From Lachnospiraceae bacterium (GTDB lineage Bacteria; Bacillota; Clostridia; Lachnospirales; Lachnospiraceae), in NCBI GenBank assembly GCA_017959345.1, contig JAGDAW010000209.1, positions 1 to 34,452 on the forward strand: a stretch of DNA of 34,452 nucleotides. Reading direction: 5' to 3'. The stretch's first letter is position 1. Every line of letters starts with the position of its first letter. Below are positions 6,946-15,988 of this stretch, in pieces. The translations under genes were made by a program, and so were the position numbers. The notes beneath the pieces were generated by a model. That model was not told the origin of the DNA. It worked only from the letters and a program-made list of their open reading frames with translations, and did no database searches.

Positions 6946-8844
6946 TTAATTGTTCAGTTTCTCGGGATCCGCCAGGTTCTCTACAACCGGGTTCCAGGAA
7001 AGCGTGCTGCCCGTGAAGATGCTGATGCAGTCCATCATCGGCGCGGTGGCTTCCATGGTCCCGTCGTAGGCCGCATGGTTGTTCCGGACGGTGAGCCGGA
7101 TCACGTTCCATCCCTCCGACAGGGAGAAATGCTCGTTGACCAGGTAATCCGTAAAGGGGCGCTTGTCCACCATGCTGACCGAGAACGGGATTGCCCCGGT
7201 GATGGCGATCGGCGCGTAGTCAAAACGGACGATTTTCTCCGTGTCGAACAGCGTATAGCCCTTCTGGTCCTTGCGCACATCGCCCGTCTCTTCGTCCAGC
7301 AATGCCGGGGCGCAGGAACTCTCAAACCCGTAATAATTCTGGCCGTCAAATGTGGTATCCTCGGGCGCGATATACATATCCGCCCACTCCGCGGACAGCC
7401 GGAGCTGCAGCAGCGCGTCGGTGGTATCCCGGTCCGCCTTCACGACGAATTCCAGGAATGCGGTGTTGTAATAAAGGCCGCTCACCCAGTACCCGTTGCT
7501 GGAACCCGCGGTGCCGTTGTCCACAAAGATCAGCTTCAGGCCGCTGAAGTTGTCGGAGGAACCGACACCGGTCTTCTCATGGTCGATATAGGTCAGCTCC
7601 GTCTCAAAGCGGTACTCCTTAAGCGGCTGGATCCAGAGCGTGTAATCCCGCTTCACTTCCGTCTGGAAATCAAACGGTTCCGTGAATTCCGGATCGATGA
7701 ACCACTGGTTGACGAACTTGTATCCTTCCACCACCGGCAGCGAACCCGCGGACGCGCGGTCGCCGGGCTCGATCTTCCTGGTGCGGAGCACGGTCTCCTG
7801 GCCGTCAATCATATATTTGAAGGAAACATTGTAATATTCGACGTCCCATCCCGCGTACAGGGTCATGTCCTCCGAAACGGGGGTCTCGAAATCAAAGGCT
7901 TCCCCGCCTTCCGCCGCCGTAAACCAGCCGGTGAACTTGCGGCCCTTGACTTCCGGGTCCTGCGGCTTCTCCAGGAGGGATCCCGAAGAGACCGCCACGG
8001 TGCGGTTCTGGAACGCGTCCGTCCCGTTATAGTCGAAGGTGACGCTGACCAGGGTGCTGCCCGCCTCGATCTCCGTCCAATGGGCATAGAGGACAATGTC
8101 CCTGTCCACGGAAGCGGTGAAATCGTACGGGGTGTCTTCCCCGGCGTCGGTATGCCACCGGGCAAATTCGTAGCCTTCACGGAGGGTTGCCGGCGCCCAG
8201 GCTTCCTGGACGGGGCTGCCTTCATCCACTTCCAGGGCCACCGCGTCCGGCGCGTCCGGATAGTTCAGGTTGAACGTGACGGTATGGATCCCGGACCACC
8301 GGGCATAGACCGCCGTATCGGCCTGGAGGGCTGCCGTAAAATCGAATTCCGTCTGGCCGGCGGGATCCGCGAACCAGCCCAGGAACCGGTATCCGGCACG
8401 GACGGGGTCGGCGGGGCGCGGCGCAGCCGTACCCGCTTCCGCCTGCAGCACCTGCGCGGCGGGGGCGCCTTCATAGTTCAGGTTCAGTGTGATGCTGTAT
8501 TTCTTCGTTTCCACCGTGATCATGTAGGTCGTGGTGAATCCGTCATATTCCACGGTAATCGTCTTGGAACCGGGCGCATTCATGTCCGGTGCGGAAACCT
8601 TTACGCCTTCCGCGGTAAAGGACAGGTCTTTCGTGCTCCCGTCGTCATAGGAAAGCGCCAGCACGCCCCCCTGGACGGAAAACGCATCGCCGACCGTAAA
8701 CGCGGTCTGCGGCGCCGTTTTTACGGATATATCCTCAATGGAGGCCTGCGGTTTGGGTTTCTCCTGACCGCCGCAGGAAGCCAGCAGGAGAACCGCCATG
8801 ACAGCCAGGATGGCCATAACGAATCGGGTCCGTTTGTAATTCAT
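6946..8844 (-). CDS. surface lipoprotein, 632 aa: Ig-like domain, 4 Listeria-Bacteroides (Flg_new-type) repeats, C-terminal CBM/galactose-binding-like domain
   Basis: Lipobox LLLASCGG. Repeats: GYRFLGWFADPAGQTEFDFTA..AVYARW, GYEFARWHTDAGEDTPYDFTA..VLYAHW, GRKFTGWFTAAEGGEAFDFET..TLYAGW, GYKFVNQWFIDPEFTEPFDFQT. The C-terminus (EGWNVIRLTVRNN...APMMDCISIF) resembles CBM6/35-like modules. AAGGAGAAG RBS. Confidence 0.85.
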   Translation of the reverse strand: MNYKRTRFVMAILAVMAVLLLASCGGQEKPKPQASIEDISVKTAPQTAFTVGDAFSVQGGVLALSYDDGSTKDLSFTAEGVKVSAPDMNAPGSKTITVEYDGFTTTYMITVETKKYSITLNLNYEGAPAAQVLQAEAGTAAPRPADPVRAGYRFLGWFADPAGQTEFDFTAALQADTAVYARWSGIHTVTFNLNYPDAPDAVALEVDEGSPVQEAWAPATLREGYEFARWHTDAGEDTPYDFTASVDRDIVLYAHWTEIEAGSTLVSVTFDYNGTDAFQNRTVAVSSGSLLEKPQDPEVKGRKFTGWFTAAEGGEAFDFETPVSEDMTLYAGWDVEYYNVSFKYMIDGQETVLRTRKIEPGDRASAGSLPVVEGYKFVNQWFIDPEFTEPFDFQTEVKRDYTLWIQPLKEYRFETELTYIDHEKTGVGSSDNFSGLKLIFVDNGTAGSSNGYWVSGLYYNTAFLEFVVKADRDTTDALLQLRLSAEWADMYIAPEDTTFDGQNYYGFESSCAPALLDEETGDVRKDQKGYTLFDTEKIVRFDYAPIAITGAIPFSVSMVDKRPFTDYLVNEHFSLSEGWNVIRLTVRNNHAAYDGTMEATAPMMDCISIFTGSTLSWNPVVENLADPEKLNN

Positions 8845-8993
8845 CTTGATTCTTCTCCTTTCCGAATCCGGGGTCTCCCCGGAGGGAGGCTTTCCGAATG
8901 AACCGGAAGGGCTCCGGCCCCCCGGTTAGGGGATACCGGAGCCGATCCGCTTCAGTTTTTCACTGGGCCCGCTCACGGAGCGGACTGTTTACA

Positions 8994-11900
8994 TTACTCT
9001 TCCTCTTCGGCGTTCACGGTGATCGTGAATTCCTCGGATACGTACGTCGTGGTCCTTGCGTTGCTGCCGGTTCCGCTCGTAAACGTGACCGCTACCTGGA
9101 AGGTATAGTCACCGGCGGCGGTGGGCGTACCGGAGATGACGCCGCTCACGCTGTCGATCTTCAGGCCCGCGGGCAGTTCGCCGGAGGCGATCCTGTAGGA
9201 AACCGTGCCGCTCTCGTTGATGTTGGACGCGACGGAGCCGTCATACTCTTCGCCGACCCAGCCCTTCGGAAGGTCCTTGGTCCAGGGGGAAGCCACCTGG
9301 AAGGTGATCTTCGCGGAGCCCTTGACCCAGCCGTCCACGATGGCGGTAACCGCCACATCGAAGTCGCCGACCGCGGTAGGCGTACCGCTGATCTCGCCGG
9401 TGAACAGGTTCAGGGACAGGCCTGCGGGCAGCGTGCCCTCAGCCTTGTATTCCACATCGCCGCCATTGAGCTGGTCTTCGCTCAGGAGGGCCGGGATGTT
9501 CGCCCGCTCTGCCTGCTTCAGTTCCACAACCTGGTCCTTCAGGGCATCGATCTGGACGCCGTTCGCCACCAGCTTGCTGTTGGCGGCCTTGTACAGGCCC
9601 TTCAGGGCCATCATCCGCATGTAGTAGTACTCTTCGACGCTCTCCTTGGTCACGGCGGTTTCACCGCTGCCGAAGGTCACGTTCACGCCGCCCTTGCCAT
9701 CGCGCAGGGACGCATCCCAGACGCCCTTCAGGGCACCGGCGCCGCTGCCCATGATGGTCAGGCCGCCGTTCCTCAGGATCACTTCCTGGCTGTTGAAGTT
9801 GCCGGACCGCCAGTTGTACTTGGTCTCGCCTTCGGGCGCCAGCGGGTTCGTCCAGTTCTCACCGCCCTGGCCGCCGGTATGGTCCGTGACCCACTCACCG
9901 AACCAGCCCCACTCATTCATGAAGATGCCGGTGATGAAGTCATAGTTGTGCGCGATCTGCTCCTGGCCGATCCGCCAGCAGGAGATCATGGCGCCAGCGG
10001 AACCGCCGTCCTGCATGGCCTTCTTGAACGCTGCGAGATAGTTCTCACGCATGGTCTGCTCGTCGACCCATACGGTCGTACCTGCATTCAGGTCTTCCTG
10101 GTCGTAAAGCGCGCAGTGCTTGATGTAAACGTTGGTACCCTTGCTCTGGGCGCCGGAGACGGCTGCCGCCGCCATGTAGCCGTTCAGGATCGCATCCTGG
10201 GAATAGTACTCTTTCGTACGGCCGGCGAACTGCGAACGGTTGATGTTCGAGCCGGGTCCCCACCAACCGGAAGTACCGGTCGGGCCCTTCTGCAGGTCGA
10301 ATTCGCCGCAGAGCTGGCCCATCCTGCGGATGAGCTTGGTATTGAAGGTGGCCGCCTGGAGAGGCGCATCCGCCCAGGTGAAGGTGCCGCCGAGGTTCAG
10401 CGGACGGTCCGCGTTCGCGTCACGGGCTTTCCCGATCGCCGCGATCGCGCCGGGGGTGGATCCCCACAGGCCCTTCATTTCGGCATAGGTCAGCTGGTTC
10501 ATGAAGTCGTCCCAGGTGAATTCTTCGCCGTCCACAAGGATGGAGCCGTCCAGCGGCACACCGGCCATCTGGTACAGCTGCACCAGCGTCTTGCCGTCCA
10601 CACGGTCGTCGTTCACGGTTTCCGGATTCTGCTGTGTCCAGTTCTCCGGAATGGCCTCCACGTACCAGGGAAGGTCGGGGCTGTCGATGCTGCTCGCTTC
10701 ATCCGCGAGGATATCCCCGAAGAATCCGTTGAAGTTGTTGCCCGTGTTCATGTTCACGACCTGTTTCTCACGGTCGATGGCTTCCTGCGTAATGATCAGG
10801 TCGCTGAGCGTGGGCGGTGCCGGGAAGGTGCCTTCCATATCGGCACGGGACAGGATGGTCATCTTCGCATCCGGATCCTCATTGAAGGCGCCGGTGCGGA
10901 TGGAGTAGTCGATTTCGTCCGGATCGGAGAACAGGGCGACCGCTTCGTTGCCGGAGAAGCTGTCCAGTTCCATAATCGCGGTTTCATCAAGGGTGATGGT
11001 GATGTCATCGTACATGCCGTCGCGTTCGGAGACCAGCACGCTGGAGCAGGACATCGCACGGAAAATGTAATCGCCTGCATCCAGTTCCCAGCCGGCGTGG
11101 CCATTGCCGTTGGCATCGTTGTAGTCGAAGGAGGCCACATCCTGGACGTCGATCTCGACGATCACGGTCTCGGACCTGCCGGGCTTCAGGATACGGGTCT
11201 TGCCGAAGCCGACCAGTTTGACGAAGGATTTCTCGATCTCGCCCGTGTAGTAAGGAGCCGTCACATAGATCTGGACGCTCTTCTTACCCGCGACATCACC
11301 GGTGTTGGTGACTTTGACGGGGATGTAGAGTTTCTTGACCTGGGCTTCGCCGCCTTCCACGGAGGAGGCAAACAGGGACGCTTCGACTTCGCTGTCAAGC
11401 GCTTCCTTGCACTTCGCGTCGGTGTAAAGGCCCTGGATCTCCATCGTGAAGGTGGTGTAGCTCTGGCCGTAGCCGAACGGGTAAACGACGTTGAAATCAT
11501 GCCACGCGTCCGCGATGGCCTGGTACTCGGAGGGATCCGCACCTTCCGTCAGGGAGGTGTTGCCCTGCGCGATCTCGTTCCAGAAGGTTTCATAGTACTT
11601 GTAGCCAAGGTAGATGCCTTCTTCGTATTCGACGCCGCGCATACCGCCGGTGCCCGTGCCGCCAGGCGCGATGGTCAGGTACTTGCCGTCTTCATCCGGA
11701 TAGCGGTAGACATAATCGCCGGGGACATCCTCGCTGTAGGCGTCATAACGGAACTGACGGCCGGTGGAGGTGTTCATCCAGGTGGGGTCAGCGGTGAAGT
11801 CACGGACATATTCCGCGGAAGCGCCGCCGGAGGGGTTGATCACGCCGGAGAGGATCTCGGCCACGGCCGTGATACCGGTCTCCTGGATGCCGGGACGGCC

Positions 11901-12854
11901 GAACCACAGCAGGCCGTTGATTTCCGGATCCTTCTCAAGGTTGTACATTTCGAAGGTGTGGGAGGAGTTGAACAGCACCAGCACTCTGTCGAAATTCTCC
12001 TTCGCGAAATCGATCAGCGCGATTTCGGAATCGGTGAGCTGCAGGGAGTGCTTCACTTCCACATTGTCGCCTACGGTCGGGGTCTCGCCTTCTTCCGCGG
12101 GGGACTGTGCGGAATGCGCGTGCTTCCATCCGTAAGGATCGGTCTCTTCGGTACCTTCCTTCACCGCATCCTGGATCTGACGGATACTGTCGTTGGCACG
12201 GTTGCCGGCCAGGGACCCGTTTACGGGATCCGTCGGGTCGCCGCTGTTGGTGGTATGGCCGGTAAGGGCCACGCTGCCGCCGACATTTTCCTTCATGTCA
12301 CAGCGCTGGATAACCACAACCGCCACATCGTCGTAGTTCTCGAGAGAACGCATGACGGCTTTGGAGAACAGGGGCTCGAAGCCTTCGATACCCACTTCGT
12401 TCATCTCCAGCTTCGTGCCGAGACGGGCATACCATTTTTCCAGTGTGGGGTTGACCTTGAAGCCGGCGTTCCTGAGGCCCGTAGCCATGGACGCCACTTC
12501 GTTGGGGGCCACCACCGTCCCGTCCACGCCTTCTCTGAGGTCTCCGGACCGGACGCCCAGTACGCTGATTCTGTCGTACCTGGGGTTCAGCGGCAGTGTG
12601 CCGTCGTTCTTCATCAGCACGGCGCCTTCCGCAACGATTTCGCCGTTCAGTTCCTTCGCAGCCGCGAAGACTTCCTCGAGCGAGCCGAATTCACTGTAGA
12701 ACTGGCCTTCATACTCCAGGTTGTCCGGGCCCGCGAACTTGTCCAGGTCATAGCCCGCGGCCATGGCCGGAACGACCGTCCCGAGGATCAGCACCAGCGT
12801 AAGCACGGTGGCGATCACACGGAGCAGGTTCGTACGTTTTCCTGATGTTCTCAT
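8994..12854 (-). CDS. secreted glycoside hydrolase family 3, 1286 aa, reversed domain order, C-terminal He_PIG-type Ig repeats (GH3b)
   Basis: Cleavable signal peptide (...VPAMA|AG). Motifs: YPFGYGQSYTTF, VKVTNTGDVAGKKSVQIYV, KHCALYDQE, GWFGEWVTDH. C-terminal repeats GTLPAGLSLNLFTGEISGTPTAVGDFD and GELPAGLKIDSVSGVISGTPTAAGDYT. Ends in EEEE. AAGGAG RBS. Confidence 0.9.
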   Translation of the reverse strand: MRTSGKRTNLLRVIATVLTLVLILGTVVPAMAAGYDLDKFAGPDNLEYEGQFYSEFGSLEEVFAAAKELNGEIVAEGAVLMKNDGTLPLNPRYDRISVLGVRSGDLREGVDGTVVAPNEVASMATGLRNAGFKVNPTLEKWYARLGTKLEMNEVGIEGFEPLFSKAVMRSLENYDDVAVVVIQRCDMKENVGGSVALTGHTTNSGDPTDPVNGSLAGNRANDSIRQIQDAVKEGTEETDPYGWKHAHSAQSPAEEGETPTVGDNVEVKHSLQLTDSEIALIDFAKENFDRVLVLFNSSHTFEMYNLEKDPEINGLLWFGRPGIQETGITAVAEILSGVINPSGGASAEYVRDFTADPTWMNTSTGRQFRYDAYSEDVPGDYVYRYPDEDGKYLTIAPGGTGTGGMRGVEYEEGIYLGYKYYETFWNEIAQGNTSLTEGADPSEYQAIADAWHDFNVVYPFGYGQSYTTFTMEIQGLYTDAKCKEALDSEVEASLFASSVEGGEAQVKKLYIPVKVTNTGDVAGKKSVQIYVTAPYYTGEIEKSFVKLVGFGKTRILKPGRSETVIVEIDVQDVASFDYNDANGNGHAGWELDAGDYIFRAMSCSSVLVSERDGMYDDITITLDETAIMELDSFSGNEAVALFSDPDEIDYSIRTGAFNEDPDAKMTILSRADMEGTFPAPPTLSDLIITQEAIDREKQVVNMNTGNNFNGFFGDILADEASSIDSPDLPWYVEAIPENWTQQNPETVNDDRVDGKTLVQLYQMAGVPLDGSILVDGEEFTWDDFMNQLTYAEMKGLWGSTPGAIAAIGKARDANADRPLNLGGTFTWADAPLQAATFNTKLIRRMGQLCGEFDLQKGPTGTSGWWGPGSNINRSQFAGRTKEYYSQDAILNGYMAAAAVSGAQSKGTNVYIKHCALYDQEDLNAGTTVWVDEQTMRENYLAAFKKAMQDGGSAGAMISCWRIGQEQIAHNYDFITGIFMNEWGWFGEWVTDHTGGQGGENWTNPLAPEGETKYNWRSGNFNSQEVILRNGGLTIMGSGAGALKGVWDASLRDGKGGVNVTFGSGETAVTKESVEEYYYMRMMALKGLYKAANSKLVANGVQIDALKDQVVELKQAERANIPALLSEDQLNGGDVEYKAEGTLPAGLSLNLFTGEISGTPTAVGDFDVAVTAIVDGWVKGSAKITFQVASPWTKDLPKGWVGEEYDGSVASNINESGTVSYRIASGELPAGLKIDSVSGVISGTPTAAGDYTFQVAVTFTSGTGSNARTTTYVSEEFTITVNAEEEE

Positions 12855-12998
12855 GTTTTTCTCCTTTGTTTTTTTTACAGGGTCCCCCTGCTGGCTTTAT
12901 GGTAGCAGAGAGACCCCGCCGGCAGCAATAGCCAGTGCACCCTCGGTCATTTTTATCGCACAGTCTGCATCCGGGGCGCCGTCTTTGGGAGAAATGTA

Positions 12999-13027
12999 TA
13001 AAAAAAGCCGCCCTGCATGAGGGCGGC
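12999..13027 (-). terminator. rho-independent terminator after GH3c
   Basis: GCCGCCCT-catgc-AGGGCGGC (13007-13027) followed by UUUUUUUA on the minus strand, 12 nt after the GH3c stop. Confidence 0.85.
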
Positions 13028-13039
13028 TTGACGGACCGG

Positions 13040-15988
13040 TCAGGATATTTCCCCGCGCTTCCGCCTGACCAGGAAGAAAATGAGCAGTACAACATCCGCA
13101 AGGAGCAGCAGCGCGTCCGCCCCGTACAGGACCGCCTGCCAGGGCGGCAGCGTGTAGGATACCGTTACGCCCGGCGCGATTCCCTGCAGCAGGTTGCTGT
13201 TCGCGTAGGCGTAGCAGACGTTTTTCAGGGCCCTTCGGAATGCCTGCAGCGCTTCCGGGGACCGGGTGTCTTCCGGCATCTTCATGTAATAATACATCCG
13301 GAGGTCGCCGCCGTTCCGGAAGATTTTGTCCACGACGCCGGGTTCCAGCTGGAGGGCCATGTCCGTGATCACGACGCCTTCAAACCCCCACTCCCCCCGG
13401 AGGACTTCCTGCAGGAGCGCGTAATTCGCGGCGCACCACTCGGTCCCGATCATATTGGCCGCGCCCATGATGCCCATGGCGGCCCGGAGCGGTTTCGCAC
13501 GGAGGCCGGACGCGTCGTAATAGCGCAGGACGGTTTCCGCCTCCTTCACGACGATCTCAAAGCTTTTCAGGTAGATCTCCCGGATGGCCTGCTCCGTGGC
13601 CCAGGCCGTCAGGCAGGTCGCGGGCCCCTCATAATTGTTCAGGGCGAAATGCTTGACGTAGGCAAGCACGCCGTGCCCGGCCGCGCCGGAGACGCAGCGG
13701 GCGCCCATGCGCCCGCACAGCAGGGGGTCTTCGCTGTAGTATTCGAAATTCCGGCCGCAGAAGGCGCTCCTGTGCAGGTTCAGCCCCGGCCCGTACCAGC
13801 CGGTCAGGCCCATCAGCAAAGCTTCCCGCCCGATGGAGTCCCCGAAGGCAAACGCGAGTTCGTCGTTGAAGGACGCCGCCAGCATCACCTCCGCGCAGTA
13901 GGCGTAGGTCCGGAACGTGGAATTCCGGGGCGCGTGCAGGTACTGGGGGCCGTCCCGGTCCATGGAAAGCGGTTTTCCGAGGGATTCCAGGGCGGCGGTA
14001 TTGCCGGACGACGTGATCAGCAGCTCCCACAGCGCGTCCTCTTCATAGTCCGCCTGGTCCAGGAACAGCTCCCACAGGGGGTCGTCGTACGGGACCCCTC
14101 TCATATCCGCCAGCACAAGCCCGTTCTCCTGCTTCTGCACGGGTGCTTCGTGGAGAAGCGTATAAACCCCGCCGTTCCCGGTATAGGGATCGGTAAAGGG
14201 ATCGTAACCGGACGCCCGCGCAAGCCGGTCCGGGGAAAGGGCCTTCTCCGTCGGCGGCGTCGGCTGGGTGCCGGCCCAGTCCGCCCTCGAAAGCAGCGTC
14301 ACGCCCTCTTCCAGCATATAGGCCGTCACGTCCTCAAAGCGGTTTACGGCGGCGGTTTTCTTCACGTCCTGCTGCGCATCCCGCTCACTGAGGCGGGGAT
14401 TGTCCGTGTCGTAGAAGACCGTCCGCTCCACATTCAGGACCGTCTCGTCCCAGCGGTCGTGGCTGTCCTTGCCGAGGACCAGCCGGTACGCCCCTTCTTC
14501 CAGGAGCCAGCATCCCCGCGTGCCGTCCGGGTTTTCCCGGGTATAACAGTAGGACGCCAGGTCCTCCATTTCAAACGTCAGGGTGACCTCCCGGCTCTCC
14601 CCGGCTTTCAGGGAGACCTTGCCGTAGGCGACCAGGTTTTTATCGGATTTCTCAATCCGCATCTCCCGGTCATAATCCGTGTACGGCGGCGAGAAGTAAA
14701 GCTGGACCACTTCCTTCCCGTCCCGGGCGCCGGTATTCGTCACCAGCACGGAAACCGAGACCTTATTTCCGGCGTCATGCCGGCTGACCCCCGTGATCCG
14801 CTGCGTAAAAGTCGTGTAGCTCAGGCCCCAGCCGAAGGGGTAATTGACGGCCCCGGCGCCGGTCTTGGCGCCCTGCGCGTCCCGCTGCCCGTAGTCTATG
14901 GCGCCCAGCGCGTACGCCGTTTCATAGTACCGGTAGCCGATGTATATGCCCTCCTCGTACTCAATATAATAGAGTCCCGCGGGCTTGTTCGTGCCGTTGT
15001 AGTTGGAGGCAAACGCGGTCCCTTCGGTCCCGGCGTAGATCATATCCCGGAAATTCGCCTGTGCCGGGTCCCGGAGCAGGTCCGCTTCCCAGATGTCCGG
15101 CGTCCGGCCCGAAGGGTTCACGGCCCCGGCCAGGATATCCCCCATCGACGCGAACCCCGTATTGCCGGGTCCCCCCACCCACAGGATGGCGTCGCACTCC
15201 AGGGGGCCCTGCATCAGGTCCCCGATCTCCATGACGTTCGCGGAATTGATGACCGCGACGGTGCGGCTGCACCATTGTTTCGAGAAGGCGACCGCGGCGC
15301 GTTCCGCCTCCGTCAGCGCCAGGACGTGGGGCGTCCCGTCCGAAAGCGGGAGCAGGGAATAGTTGCTGCTTTCCCCGCCCATACGCCCGATAAATACGAT
15401 CCCGGTCGTCCCCGCGCAGGTGTTCTGGAATCCCTCATAGGCGGAAGCCGGCAGTTCGTATACCGCCCGGTTCCCGTTCCCGGCGTCCTGGAGGCCGGTA
15501 TACGTGGCCTCGTCCGGGGAGATCTCCAGGATCGGCGCGTTCTTCATGGCCCGGATGACGGCCTCATTTAAGGAAAAATGTGCCCGCAGGCCTTCCTCAG
15601 GCGTGCACACGTACCCCTCGTTCACCCGGGCGTGGCCGGACCCCGTACCGCCGTACACAGGGTCCACGAAACGGAACCCGAACGGGGTGACCGCGGAACC
15701 CGCGGGCAGCGGGAGGACCCCGTTGTTCTTCAGCAGCACGATGCCTTCATCGGAGATCTGCCGGTTCACGCCATGGGCATGGTCCAGCGTCTCCGAGTCC
15801 GTCGTACAGGCGGCATCGTAATACAGGGCGTCCCGGCCCGTGTCCTCCGAAACGCTTAAGACCGGCTTCCCGTATCCGAAATGCCGGTCCAGTGAGGTCT
15901 TATATACCTGCCCGACCACGGTAAACGCGATCAGGATCACGTGGAGGATGACGAGCAGGGGCAGGAAGGCCGATCGCTGCGTCTTCAT
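13040..15988 (-). CDS. glycoside hydrolase family 3, 982 aa, reversed domain order, N-terminal signal anchor plus C-terminal TM tail (GH3c)
   Basis: MKTQRSAFLPLLVILHVILIAFTVVG. Motifs: GIVFIGRMGGES, YPFGWGLSYTTF, VLVTNTGARDGKEVVQLYF, KHFALNNYE, GFEGVVITDM. C-terminus LPPWQAVLYGADALLLLADVVLLIFFLVRRKRGEIS. GAGGAGG RBS. The ATG overlaps the kinase stop (ATGA, 15985-15988). Confidence 0.9.
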   Translation of the reverse strand: MKTQRSAFLPLLVILHVILIAFTVVGQVYKTSLDRHFGYGKPVLSVSEDTGRDALYYDAACTTDSETLDHAHGVNRQISDEGIVLLKNNGVLPLPAGSAVTPFGFRFVDPVYGGTGSGHARVNEGYVCTPEEGLRAHFSLNEAVIRAMKNAPILEISPDEATYTGLQDAGNGNRAVYELPASAYEGFQNTCAGTTGIVFIGRMGGESSNYSLLPLSDGTPHVLALTEAERAAVAFSKQWCSRTVAVINSANVMEIGDLMQGPLECDAILWVGGPGNTGFASMGDILAGAVNPSGRTPDIWEADLLRDPAQANFRDMIYAGTEGTAFASNYNGTNKPAGLYYIEYEEGIYIGYRYYETAYALGAIDYGQRDAQGAKTGAGAVNYPFGWGLSYTTFTQRITGVSRHDAGNKVSVSVLVTNTGARDGKEVVQLYFSPPYTDYDREMRIEKSDKNLVAYGKVSLKAGESREVTLTFEMEDLASYCYTRENPDGTRGCWLLEEGAYRLVLGKDSHDRWDETVLNVERTVFYDTDNPRLSERDAQQDVKKTAAVNRFEDVTAYMLEEGVTLLSRADWAGTQPTPPTEKALSPDRLARASGYDPFTDPYTGNGGVYTLLHEAPVQKQENGLVLADMRGVPYDDPLWELFLDQADYEEDALWELLITSSGNTAALESLGKPLSMDRDGPQYLHAPRNSTFRTYAYCAEVMLAASFNDELAFAFGDSIGREALLMGLTGWYGPGLNLHRSAFCGRNFEYYSEDPLLCGRMGARCVSGAAGHGVLAYVKHFALNNYEGPATCLTAWATEQAIREIYLKSFEIVVKEAETVLRYYDASGLRAKPLRAAMGIMGAANMIGTEWCAANYALLQEVLRGEWGFEGVVITDMALQLEPGVVDKIFRNGGDLRMYYYMKMPEDTRSPEALQAFRRALKNVCYAYANSNLLQGIAPGVTVSYTLPPWQAVLYGADALLLLADVVLLIFFLVRRKRGEIS

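Noticed and set aside
8898-12845. 1315-aa plus-strand ORF spanning almost the whole GH3b gene. The same pattern is seen at 103-1989 (628 aa), 6928-8901 (657 aa), 12935-15571 (878 aa), 24120-26303 (727 aa), 27502-29247 (581 aa), 21052-22473 and 16123-17331.
   Set aside because: These are antisense shadow ORFs. High GC3 on the true minus-strand genes removes stop codons from the opposite strand. Their translations are Arg/Gly/His/Asp/Pro/Val-rich low-information strings with no recognisable motifs, RBS or family. The minus-strand partners all carry clear family signatures and RBSs.
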